DNA from: Dehalococcoidia bacterium
Lineage (GTDB): Bacteria > Chloroflexota > Dehalococcoidia > Plut-88900
Assembly: GCA_965197645.1 (NCBI GenBank)
Contig: OZ240219.1
Coordinates: 2,304,001-2,368,000, forward strand
DNA: 64,000 nt
Direction: 5' to 3'
The stretch's first letter is position 1; every line of letters starts with the position of its first letter. The translations under genes were made by a program, and so were the position numbers. This document shows positions 39,126 through 48,315 of the stretch, one piece after another. The notes below the pieces were generated by a model. That model did no database searches. It had not been told where the DNA came from and saw only the letters and a list, made by a program, of their open reading frames with translations.

Positions 39126-39154
39126 ATTTTAAAGAGTCCCGAATAAGGTGTCAA
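39126..39154 (-). promoter_or_regulatory. Sigma70-like promoter for DUF1800 operon 2
   Basis: TTGACA-N17-TAAAAT on the minus strand, about 60 nt upstream of the ATG. Confidence 0.65.
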
Positions 39155-39323
39155 CAGATTCTCCGTGATAGCGTCCAGCGATGGCAGGAGCCGCATCTGC
39201 GAAAGAGACACCAATTCGACAAGCAAATCCGCACCGGTGTACACTTGCAGCTAGGCTACAAATCATTCGCCGCATCGGTGACGGGAGTGTCTCCGTAGCT
39301 GGAATCGATAGAGGGAGGAAGAG

Positions 39324-40427
39324 ATGGCGAAGAACGGATTCAAGGTGCTGGATTCGGACATGCACGTCATAGAACCCCCGGACCTCTGGCCCCGATACAT
39401 CAATCCCGAGTTCAAGGACCGCGCCCCGACAAGCGCCGACCGGTGGATGGGGGACATGCACGTGTCCGTGGAAGGGCACGAGATGCCCCAGGAAGGTGAC
39501 GACTGGGCCGAGGACAAGGCCTGGGAGCTATCGGACATCTACCGCGAGGCCGCTGAGAGCGGCTGGGACGCGGAGTCCCAGGTGCGCGCTATGGACGCGG
39601 AAGGCATCGATACTGCGGTGCTGTATCCCAGCCGGGGACTGTTCGCTCTGGCTCTCGACACCATGGACGCCGGACTGGCAGCCGCCATCGCCACGGCCTA
39701 CAACGACTGGATGCGGGACTTCTGCGACGTTTCACCAACCCGCCTGTACGGAGCGGGAATGGTATCCCCCTTCGATGTTGAGACCGCCGTTATAGAGGCT
39801 CGCCGAGCTGTCCAAGAGCTGAGTATGAAAGCCGTTTTCGTGCGGCCCAACATAGTCAACCAGCGCAACTGGTACGATCCCTACTACGACCCCCTGTGGG
39901 CTGAGATCTCCGACCTGGGTGTCCCGTTGGGCTTCCACGAAGGCGCCACAGCGGCCATGGACCAGGTGGGCAAGCGGTTCGGCAGCTACATGCAGCTGCA
40001 CACCTGTTGTCACCCCATGGAGATGATGCTGGCGGTAGTGGACATGATAGGCGGCGGGGTGTTCGAGCGTTTCCCTGGGCTGCACGTAGGTTTTCTGGAG
40101 GGGAACTGCGCTTGGGCGCCCTGGCTCCTGTGGCGGCTGGATGAGCACTTCGAGCTATCGGGTCACTTCGAGATGCCTGAGCTGAAGCTGGAGCCGATGG
40201 AGTACTTCAAGCGCCAAGCCTACGTCTCCGTCGAGCCGGACGAGGAGCCCGCCATCTTTCTCGAGCAGTTCGGTCTAATAGAAAACGTGGTCTTCTCCAC
40301 CGACTATCCCCACAACGACTCCAAATACCCCCATGCCATCGATACCTTCCTTGAGATGCCCTTCACCGAGGAGTCCAAGCGCAAGATTCTGTGGGATAAC
40401 TGCGCACGACTTTACAGCTTCTCTTGA
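39324..40427 (+). CDS. Amidohydrolase_2 family protein
   Basis: LDSDMHVIEP, AYNDW, FHEG, GVFERFP, STDYPHND. Confidence 0.9.
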   Translation: MAKNGFKVLDSDMHVIEPPDLWPRYINPEFKDRAPTSADRWMGDMHVSVEGHEMPQEGDDWAEDKAWELSDIYREAAESGWDAESQVRAMDAEGIDTAVLYPSRGLFALALDTMDAGLAAAIATAYNDWMRDFCDVSPTRLYGAGMVSPFDVETAVIEARRAVQELSMKAVFVRPNIVNQRNWYDPYYDPLWAEISDLGVPLGFHEGATAAMDQVGKRFGSYMQLHTCCHPMEMMLAVVDMIGGGVFERFPGLHVGFLEGNCAWAPWLLWRLDEHFELSGHFEMPELKLEPMEYFKRQAYVSVEPDEEPAIFLEQFGLIENVVFSTDYPHNDSKYPHAIDTFLEMPFTEESKRKILWDNCARLYSFS

Positions 40428-41182
40428 TGAAGCTCGCGCTCGTCATTCGCCACTCGCCCCACGAGTCGCTGACGGATAGCTACGCTTCCATACTGAAGGC
40501 CAACGGCTTCGAACCCCGGGGTCTCAACCTCTTCGAATCGGCGCCGGCCTATGACGCCTTCGAGCCCCCAGATATCAATGAGGTCAGCTGCCTGATCATT
40601 CTGGGAGGCTCGATGTCCGCCAACGACGATTTCCCGGCGTTTCACGCCGAGCGTCACTACGTGCGAAGCGCCGTAGATCTGGGTAAGCCGGTCTTTGGCA
40701 TATGCCTCGGCGCTCAGATGTTGTCCCTGGCCCTCGGCGGCACGGTGGAGCCTACGGGCGGCTACCAGTTCGGCCTGCGCAAAATAGACGTCACCAGCGA
40801 AGGCGCCACCGACCCGGTCTTCAGCAAGATCAATGTCCCCCTCGTGCCCACGCTGCACGGAGACTGCTTTTCCATTCCGGCGGGCGGTGTGAAGCTAGCG
40901 GAAGGGTTCATGCTGTGCTGGGATGGGGGATTTCGAAGGATAAACATGGCCTTTCGCTACGGGAACTCCTACGGCTTCCAGTTCGAGCCCCAGTTGACCT
41001 TCGACGAGCTGCGCATCTGGAACCGAGAGATGAGCGACGATTACAAGCTCATGGGCAGCCGGTTTGACCCGGAGGAGGAAGCGGAGCGCAACATGCGCGA
41101 GTTCGCCAAGTACGCCCCCTACTACGTGGAACAGATGGGGGACCTGCTAACAGCGTTCCTGTCCAACGCCAGGCTGGCGTAA
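40424..41182 (+). CDS. Class I glutamine amidotransferase-like protein, atypical triad
   Basis: ILGGSMS, GICLGAQ; QFEPQ in place of QFHPE. Overlaps the upstream stop. Confidence 0.8.
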   Translation: MMKLALVIRHSPHESLTDSYASILKANGFEPRGLNLFESAPAYDAFEPPDINEVSCLIILGGSMSANDDFPAFHAERHYVRSAVDLGKPVFGICLGAQMLSLALGGTVEPTGGYQFGLRKIDVTSEGATDPVFSKINVPLVPTLHGDCFSIPAGGVKLAEGFMLCWDGGFRRINMAFRYGNSYGFQFEPQLTFDELRIWNREMSDDYKLMGSRFDPEEEAERNMREFAKYAPYYVEQMGDLLTAFLSNARLA

Positions 41183-41185
41183 TCT

Positions 41186-42040
41186 CTACTGCCCGGGCCT
41201 TATTCCGGCGACGTTGATTTGTACGCTATAGAGTCCGGTCTCGGCGGTGGCGTACAGGGTCTTGTAATCGTCTCCGCCAAAGGCCAGGTTAGCCGGTATC
41301 TCCGGGAAAGCGATGGTCCCGATATGCTCTCCCTCCGGCGTTATCACCCAAATGCCTCCCCCGCCGGTGATGTACACGTTGCCTTCGGTATCCACCTTCA
41401 TGCCGTCGGGGCCACCCGGTGCATCGACAGCCATTTCCATAAAGACGCGGTCGTTGCCGAGGGAGAAGTCTTCCTGAAGGTCGAAGGCGCGGAGGTTCTC
41501 CCGTTCGGAGTCATCGACGTACAAGACGGACTCGTCGGGAGAGAAAGCCAGGCCGTTGGGCCCAACAAAATCCGATGCCAGCAACGTGATGGTGTTGTCC
41601 GTGTCTATCCGGTACACGCCGCTGAACTCGATCTCAGCCTGCTCGGGCTCTATGCCGTAGGTCGGATCGGTGAAGAATATTCGGCCGCTGCTGTGTACCA
41701 CCACGTCGTTGGGACTGTTCAATCGCTTCCCCTCCCAATGGGATGCTAAAGTCTCCATCTGCCCGTTGGGGTCCTGCCTGGAAACCCGGCGGCCGGTGTG
41801 CTCGCATGCGACGAGCCGCCCCTGCAGGTCGAGAGTCAAGCCGTTGGAGTTTTGGCTGGGAGCCAGGTAAGTATCCACGGCCCCATCGGGGGTGTACTTG
41901 ACAATCCGGTTGTCCGGGATATCGCTGAAGAGGAGGTAGCCGTCGGGAATCCAAACGGGTCCCTCGGTGAACTGGAAACCGCTGGCTAGTTTCCTGGGCT
42001 CCTGGTCGGGTACCAGATCAGAAAGCTGCTTCGGCATCAT
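41186..42040 (-). CDS. SMP-30/gluconolactonase family protein
   Basis: FTEGPVW, SNGL, LNSPND, PNGLAFSPD, PDGMKVD. Confidence 0.92.
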   Translation of the reverse strand: MMPKQLSDLVPDQEPRKLASGFQFTEGPVWIPDGYLLFSDIPDNRIVKYTPDGAVDTYLAPSQNSNGLTLDLQGRLVACEHTGRRVSRQDPNGQMETLASHWEGKRLNSPNDVVVHSSGRIFFTDPTYGIEPEQAEIEFSGVYRIDTDNTITLLASDFVGPNGLAFSPDESVLYVDDSERENLRAFDLQEDFSLGNDRVFMEMAVDAPGGPDGMKVDTEGNVYITGGGGIWVITPEGEHIGTIAFPEIPANLAFGGDDYKTLYATAETGLYSVQINVAGIRPGQ

Positions 42041-42240
42041 TCGTTCCTTTCGATTGTCCGAGCACTGGCGATGAGGCCAATATGACAGGACGGATGATTT
42101 TGGTCAAGAATCGGCCGTCCTGGCCCCGAGATATCGGTTCCGGGAGTGACCGGCCCGCCCTAATGAATTAGAATGCGGGGCAACGGGTATTATCCATCTT
42201 GCTTCGGGGCAAGATAACGGGCAACAACGAGGAGGTAAGC

Positions 42241-42558
42241 ATGATCCGGGTAACCATCATCTACAACAGGACCGATTCCACTACCTTTGACTACGACTAC
42301 TACGTCAAGACCCACATGACCATGGTGGGCCGGCTCTCCAGCCCCGTAAAGATCGAGGTCGACAAGATAGGCCCCATGCCCGACGGCAGCCCCGCGCCTA
42401 TCCACTGTCTCGGGCACATCTACTACGAATCCCTGGATGCGATGGAGAAGTCCTCTACGCCGGAAGAGGCCGAAGAGCTCATGTCTGACATCCCCAACTA
42501 CTACAAGGGCGGGCAACCGACCATCCTCGTCAGCGAAATCGAAGACGTCCCCATTTAA
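42241..42558 (+). CDS. EthD family protein
   Basis: FDYDYYVKTH..., DIPNY; ATG after GAGGAGG. Confidence 0.75.
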   Translation: MIRVTIIYNRTDSTTFDYDYYVKTHMTMVGRLSSPVKIEVDKIGPMPDGSPAPIHCLGHIYYESLDAMEKSSTPEEAEELMSDIPNYYKGGQPTILVSEIEDVPI

Positions 42559-42573
42559 CCCCTTAGTAACTGA

Positions 42574-42724
42574 CTAGCACGCTGATGAATATGGGGTGTG
42601 CAGAGTCGCGAAGCCCCTTTGCCAGGAGATTGAGGGTGTCCCGCAGAAATCATTTTTTCTCTTTCCCCTCCTGACTAGGAAGGGGGCCGGGGGATGGTAG
42701 AAGAGTTGTCGAAAACCCTGCTAG
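42574..42724. repeat. MITE/REP-like intergenic element
   Basis: CTAGCA...TGCTAG termini; internal hairpins GGGG..GCCCC and CCCCTCCT..AGGAAGGGG. Confidence 0.5.
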
Positions 42725-42742
42725 AGCAAGAGAGGCAGGCAA

Positions 42743-43777
42743 ATGGCTGACACAGAACAGCACTGGGAGTACGGCGTAAAGACGGCGGGCCATACTGAGG
42801 TATACGCGGCCTCCGGCCCGGCGTTACTCGGAGAGGGCGGTTTCAGGTACAGCGTATCCGGCGAGAACTGGGGCGACCTCCCCGATGGGTGGACCTACAA
42901 GGAAGCCACGGCAGTGGACGTGGACTCCAGGGACCAGGTTTATGTATTCAACCGGGGTACGTGCCCCATGATCGTCTTCGACTCGGCGGGGAACGTGCTG
43001 AGGACCTGGGGCGAAGGTGTATTCAGCAACCCCCACGGCGTCACCATCGCTCCCGATGATACGGTGTTCTGTGTCGACAACGGCGATAGCACGGTCCGGC
43101 AGTTCACCCCCGAAGGCAAGCTGCTCATGACCCTCGGCACGGCGAATAATCCAAGCGCCAAGATGAGCGGAGACCCCTTTTCTCTGCCGGCCCACGTGGC
43201 CTTCGATAAGAGGACCGGGGAGTTCTACGTGGCCGATGGCTACTCCAACGCACGGGTACACAAGTACACCCCCGATGGCAAGCTCCTGTTCTCCTGGGGC
43301 GAATCGGGCACCGGCGAAGGGCAGTTCAACATCGTTCACAACCTGACCGTTGACAGCAATGGATGGGTCTACGTGGCCGACCGGGAGAACCACCGGATTC
43401 AGGTGTTCAGTCCCGAGGGGAGGTACGAGACCCAGTGGGTCAACCTCTCCCGGGCTGCGGCGATCTGCATCGACGACCGGTCGGGAGAAGAGCTGGTCTA
43501 CATCGGAGAGTACTTCTGCGGGATTGCCACCAACGATATAGGCACCGATCTGGGCCCACGCGTTACGGTGATGAACACCAGTGGCAAGGTCCTGGCGAGG
43601 GTAGGCCGGGAAAGCTACGGGGCCCAGATGGGTAGGTTCTACTCTCCTCATGGAATCGCCGTGGACTCGAAGGGCGACATCTACGTGGCCGAGGTTTCCT
43701 GGAGCGACTACGGAAGCGTAATGGACCCGCCTCGCGAGCTCCGCTCGATGCAGAAGCTGGTCAAGGTGCCGGAGTAG
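42743..43777 (+). CDS. NHL-repeat protein, peptidyl-alpha-hydroxyglycine alpha-amidating lyase (PAL)-like
   Basis: PHG, YVADGYSNARVHK, VH, ADRENHRIQ, PHGIAVD, YVAEV. Confidence 0.8.
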   Translation: MADTEQHWEYGVKTAGHTEVYAASGPALLGEGGFRYSVSGENWGDLPDGWTYKEATAVDVDSRDQVYVFNRGTCPMIVFDSAGNVLRTWGEGVFSNPHGVTIAPDDTVFCVDNGDSTVRQFTPEGKLLMTLGTANNPSAKMSGDPFSLPAHVAFDKRTGEFYVADGYSNARVHKYTPDGKLLFSWGESGTGEGQFNIVHNLTVDSNGWVYVADRENHRIQVFSPEGRYETQWVNLSRAAAICIDDRSGEELVYIGEYFCGIATNDIGTDLGPRVTVMNTSGKVLARVGRESYGAQMGRFYSPHGIAVDSKGDIYVAEVSWSDYGSVMDPPRELRSMQKLVKVPE

Positions 43778-43779
43778 AA

Positions 43780-44889
43780 CTAGGTATCGAGGCCCATGAC
43801 CCGGGCCACGTTTCCCCCGAGTATTGCCGATCGTTCGGCATCGGTCAGAAACTCGCAGTGGACCCTGTACTGGTCCAGAAGCTGCCGGTAGGTACAGAAC
43901 CTGGCCACCATGGGCAGGTCGGTGCCCCAGATCAGCCGCTCGGCGCCGACCTTCTCGAGACACTCCTGGATAGTCGGTTCCGTTTCCTTCCACGGATACT
44001 CCCAGATGGCGCCCAGCTGTATCTGAAACAGGAGCTGTAGATGGCACTGGGGCGCTTTGAACACGTCCCATATCTCCTCAGGGAAGCGGATGCGGTTACC
44101 TTCCAGGAAGGTGCGCCAGGCCAGGCCGTGGGTTATGACTACGGGGACGTCGGGATAACGCTCCATCCAACGGAGGAGATGCCGATGCTGCTCCAGATAC
44201 GCCGGCTGCTCGGCACTAGTGTCACGCTCCCCGGCCCTGGACGTCGGCCCCAGGGTGAAGTAGACGGGGGCTTTCAAGGAGGCGACCGCCTCCCAGTACG
44301 GGCGCATCGGCCCGTCGTCCCAGGGAACGTCGAGGCCGCTGTCGTAGTAAGGCTTGGTGAAGTACTGGATTCCATAGTGGTCGCCGGCTTCAGCCTCTCG
44401 CTGCAGCTCCGCAATCGCCGCATCGGGGTCCCCAGGGATAGCCGACTCCGGCAGGTTGATGAGCCTCATAAAACGAGATGGGTAACGGGACACCACCTGC
44501 CGTAGGTAATCGTTGAGCAGTCCCAGATGGGGAGAGGTGTGGAGTACCGCCTTATCGACACCGATGTAGTCCATCTCGGCGATCAGCAGTTCGGGGGGAC
44601 ACTCCATGTCGTGGAGCATCGGCGGGAAGTACTGCTTGGTGTAGCTTTCACCCTGGTAGGACCAGGTGTACCCGTAGCGATTGTAGCCCCAGCTTACATC
44701 CCGCAGTTGGGACGTCTCCGGGTCGACCAGGGTATCGTTGTTCACCCGTGCTCGATCTCCCACCCGCCATGCCGGCTGGTGATGACCGCCCAGCTCACGC
44801 TGGACGACGCGCATCTTCTCCTCTAGGGAGGCGTAGCCCGCCGTCGATTTCATAGGTGGAAAGCTGTAGGCGTGACCATCGATGATCAT
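43780..44889 (-). CDS. Amidohydrolase_2 family protein
   Basis: IIDGHAY, VITHG, LIWGTDLP, ILGGN. Confidence 0.8.
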   Translation of the reverse strand: MIIDGHAYSFPPMKSTAGYASLEEKMRVVQRELGGHHQPAWRVGDRARVNNDTLVDPETSQLRDVSWGYNRYGYTWSYQGESYTKQYFPPMLHDMECPPELLIAEMDYIGVDKAVLHTSPHLGLLNDYLRQVVSRYPSRFMRLINLPESAIPGDPDAAIAELQREAEAGDHYGIQYFTKPYYDSGLDVPWDDGPMRPYWEAVASLKAPVYFTLGPTSRAGERDTSAEQPAYLEQHRHLLRWMERYPDVPVVITHGLAWRTFLEGNRIRFPEEIWDVFKAPQCHLQLLFQIQLGAIWEYPWKETEPTIQECLEKVGAERLIWGTDLPMVARFCTYRQLLDQYRVHCEFLTDAERSAILGGNVARVMGLDT

Positions 44890-44954
44890 TCGTCTTTTCT
44901 CCTGCTCGTAGCCTTGATCCGACCGGAACTCTACGAAGGGTTAGACCTGGTGCC

Positions 44955-46595
44955 CTATCCGAAGCGCGATCTCCGGCCTTCCATGTTGGTATGCACGTCC
45001 AGCAGCACGGTCCTGCCATCCTCGTTCAGTTCCCGGGCCTTGATAAGGGAAGGCGCTATTTCCGAGGGCCGTGTGATGGTTATGCCCACTGCGCCCAACC
45101 CCTCGGCTATCTTGGCGTAGTCACCCGTCATCTCGGTGGCGCCGAATCGCTCTCTGGCCGTTGGATAGCCTCCCGGATAGGTGGACATGCCGCCGTTGTT
45201 CAGGACTACCGTCGTGATCGGAGCGTCTGCCCGGACCGATGTTTCGATGTCCAGTCCGGACATGCCGAAGGCGCCGTCCCCCATGAAATTGAGGCAGAAT
45301 TTATCGGGCTTTGCCAGCTTGGCGCCGATCATCAACGGGATTCCGTAGCCCAGGTGGGTGGTCTTGCCCCAGCCTATGTAGCTGTGGGGAATCGTGGCCG
45401 TGTAGAAGGGCATAATGGAGTCCCGGGGAGCACCGGCATCATGGGTGACTATGCTGTTCTCCCTGTCGAGGGTCTTGTCCAGCTCGCCGATCACCCGGTA
45501 GGTGTTGATGGGCACCTCATCGGACTCCAACAGTGGCTTCCACTCGGCGAGCCACTGCTCCCGGAGCTCTCCTATCGCCGCAGCGACCTGCTCCTGGTCC
45601 CGGCGTCCCCTATCTCCGATCTGGGCCTTGACCTCCTCGATCATCGCCTCTAGTGTCAGCTTGGCGTCGCCGGGTAGGCCTACAGAGACCGAGTAGTCCT
45701 TGTTGATGTCATCTATCCCTTCCACGTTATGAATTATCGTCTTTCCATTGGGAATGGACTGCCCATAGGGAGTTCGTGTCATGCTGGACCCAACGGCAAA
45801 CAGAACGTCCGACTCCTGTATCCATCGCCAGGCCGGCAGGGTCGTAGCCCCGCTGCCGGAACCCAGGGCCAGGGGATGACGTTCGTCGAAGGAGGACTTG
45901 CCCGGCATGGTGCAGTACACCGGTATCTGGGTAAGCTCGGCCAGCTCTTTGAGCTGTTCCGAAGCGCCAGAAAGCAGCACACCCATGCCCGACCAGATGA
46001 CCGGCTTTTCGGCGTTCAGCAGCAGCTTGACGGCGTCCTTGATGTCGCCGGAGGACGGGCACTGAGGCGACCGGCGGGGCGAATGATAGACCGATGCCTC
46101 CTCCGGGACCTGCTGGTCGCCGATGTCCTCAGGGATCTCGACGATTACCGGGCCTGGAGTTCCGTTGCGTAAGGCGTGAAAAGCGCGGCGCATCGCGCTG
46201 GTAACTTGACTCGGGTGGGTGATGATTTCGCCCCGCTTGGAGACGTTCTGGTAGGAGTGGACGGGCGAAAAGTTGGGCCGGACGGCATACTGATCGAGGG
46301 CCGGGCCCGCGGGAAGATACAGTATGGGAACGTTATCGGCGAAGGCCTGCGCTATCCCGCCCATCGAGTTCTCCGAACCCGGGCCTCCCTGGGTGATGAT
46401 GACCCCGAACTTGTTCCTATTGTTGACCCGGCTGAACCCATCCGCGGCCATCAGCGCGCCCCGCTCCTGTCTGAACATGATCGTGCGGATGCCCTCCCTG
46501 GCCACCACCTCAATCAGCTCGTTGGACGGGAAGCATGAAACCCACTCGACGCCTTCCTTCTTCAGGATCCGGGACACGGACTCCAACACGTTCAT
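44955..46595 (-). CDS. Thiamine diphosphate-dependent enzyme (acetolactate synthase-like)
   Basis: RQE (catalytic Glu), GPGSEN, GDGAFG..NN ThDP motif. Start ATG 46595. Confidence 0.88.
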   Translation of the reverse strand: MNVLESVSRILKKEGVEWVSCFPSNELIEVVAREGIRTIMFRQERGALMAADGFSRVNNRNKFGVIITQGGPGSENSMGGIAQAFADNVPILYLPAGPALDQYAVRPNFSPVHSYQNVSKRGEIITHPSQVTSAMRRAFHALRNGTPGPVIVEIPEDIGDQQVPEEASVYHSPRRSPQCPSSGDIKDAVKLLLNAEKPVIWSGMGVLLSGASEQLKELAELTQIPVYCTMPGKSSFDERHPLALGSGSGATTLPAWRWIQESDVLFAVGSSMTRTPYGQSIPNGKTIIHNVEGIDDINKDYSVSVGLPGDAKLTLEAMIEEVKAQIGDRGRRDQEQVAAAIGELREQWLAEWKPLLESDEVPINTYRVIGELDKTLDRENSIVTHDAGAPRDSIMPFYTATIPHSYIGWGKTTHLGYGIPLMIGAKLAKPDKFCLNFMGDGAFGMSGLDIETSVRADAPITTVVLNNGGMSTYPGGYPTARERFGATEMTGDYAKIAEGLGAVGITITRPSEIAPSLIKARELNEDGRTVLLDVHTNMEGRRSRFG

Positions 46596-46817
46596 CGCTT
46601 CCCTCCTCAATGCCTCAGTGCTATGCCCATTCAACCTGGCAACGGCTTGTCGAAAGCGTCCTGGTCGCCGGCCCGGACAGATCGGCCTTCGATGCTTAGG
46701 AGTAACAGTCGTCCGGCGAGGGACTTCTCCCCGATTACGCTACTGGCAATCATCGTCTTGATAGTCAAGTCATGCACTCGACTCGCGGGGCTAACCGCCG
46801 GAAAGTGTCCTGCCGAT

Positions 46818-47834
46818 CTATGGGATGGGCTGCCACCTGCGAAGGCCGGATCCCTCCAGCACCGATGGGTTGACGCAGGCAGTGGGCCACCGGCCGCTCA
46901 ACGCCAGCGCGATCTCCCTCCCAACGCGACGCCTCGACCCATCATCGAACCTGGAGGACGCCGACGCCACGTGGGCTGTCAAGGTAACGTTTTCCATTTT
47001 CAGCAACGGATTGCTCGGGTCGGGCGGCTCCTGCTCCAGCACGTCCAGCGCGGCGTGAGCAATGTCTCCCTCCTGCAGTGCGCGAATCAGGGCTGCTTCG
47101 TCAACCGTACTGCCTCGACCGGTGTTCACGAAGATCGCTCCGGGCTTCATCATCTTGAACTGCTCCTCGCCCATCAGCTTGGTCGTGCCACCGGTGCCCG
47201 GCAGATGGTTGGAGACGATGTCCGACTGGCGCAGCAGCTCCGGTAAGGTAGCGGGCTCCACACCGTGCTGGACCATCACCGTCTCCTTGACGAAGGGATC
47301 GTTGGCGAGGATGCGTAGCCCGAACGGTTTCATCAACGGGACGACCGCCCTGGGTATGTTCCCGAAAGAGATGAGGCCCAGGGTCTGTCCGTACAGGCGG
47401 GGATACCGGTATAGCTCCGGGCGACCCTCCGACCACCGGTCCTCCCGCACCATCCTGTCCATGAGCAACAGCCGGCGGTATGCGCCGAGGACCAGCACCG
47501 CCGTATGCTCCGCTACCTCCTGGACGAAAGTATCGGGGCAGTTGGTTACCGGAATGCCGCTGGAGGTTGCTGCCGGGACGTCCACGAGATCCGTGCCCAC
47601 GCTGCCCAGGGCGATGATCCTGCACTTCTCCAGCCCGTTGATGACCTTCTCTGGAAGCGGGCTGCCTATCACCATCACGGCGTCGGCGTCGCGGGCGCTG
47701 TTCAAGAACTCGTCGTCCGATTCGGCAGAGACTTCCACGATCTCCACGTCCATGCTCTCCAACGCTTCCATCTCCCGCGAGTAGTCTCCCGGTTTGTTGG
47801 GACGGCTCTGTGCCACGATCTTGTACGTCGCCAC
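46818..47834 (-). CDS. D-isomer-specific 2-hydroxyacid dehydrogenase (CtBP-like)
   Basis: VNTGRG, LDVLEQEP, TAHVA; Rossmann motif ISFGNIP. Confidence 0.9.
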   Translation of the reverse strand: MATYKIVAQSRPNKPGDYSREMEALESMDVEIVEVSAESDDEFLNSARDADAVMVIGSPLPEKVINGLEKCRIIALGSVGTDLVDVPAATSSGIPVTNCPDTFVQEVAEHTAVLVLGAYRRLLLMDRMVREDRWSEGRPELYRYPRLYGQTLGLISFGNIPRAVVPLMKPFGLRILANDPFVKETVMVQHGVEPATLPELLRQSDIVSNHLPGTGGTTKLMGEEQFKMMKPGAIFVNTGRGSTVDEAALIRALQEGDIAHAALDVLEQEPPDPSNPLLKMENVTLTAHVASASSRFDDGSRRRVGREIALALSGRWPTACVNPSVLEGSGLRRWQPIP

Positions 47835-47974
47835 GTTGACCTCCTGGGATACTCTTCCAATCCGGTGTCAAGCTCTGTTTATTCGGGTGCCCCTAGCTTA
47901 TGGCAACCCTAGGAGCTTGTCCATTTATCCCTTAGCCTTAAACCAGGGTCTGCCCACACTCCCGTCCTCCAATC

Positions 47975-48151
47975 TCATTCCGAAACGGAGCGCAGCGTAG
48001 TGAGGAATCTATAGTACTTGTCAGTAACCCACCGCGCGTAGGCAGCCCTATCGGATGGTATGCGCAATCCCGCGATTATAGGGCCCGCCAACGGAATCGG
48101 GCCGCAGTTTCCAACAACCCTGTTAGATTCCTCACTGCGTTCGGAATGACA
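47975..48151. repeat. REP-like inverted repeat pair
   Basis: TCATTCCGAA..AGTGAGGAATCTA (47975-48011) and TAGATTCCTCACTGCGTTCGGAATGACA (48124-48151). Confidence 0.7.
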
Positions 48152-48315
48152 TCCAAGGTGGATAGGTGGCGTGGTTCTAATGTGAACAGGCGCAACCCGG
48201 CCCAGATGGTCCCGATAACTGACCCAGGCATCGGGCATCCCTGGAAATGGAGCGTTGGATTCGCGGTTGGCGTTGAGGCCGCAGAGGGCGAGACTCGGCG
48301 GCAGCCTACCCTACC

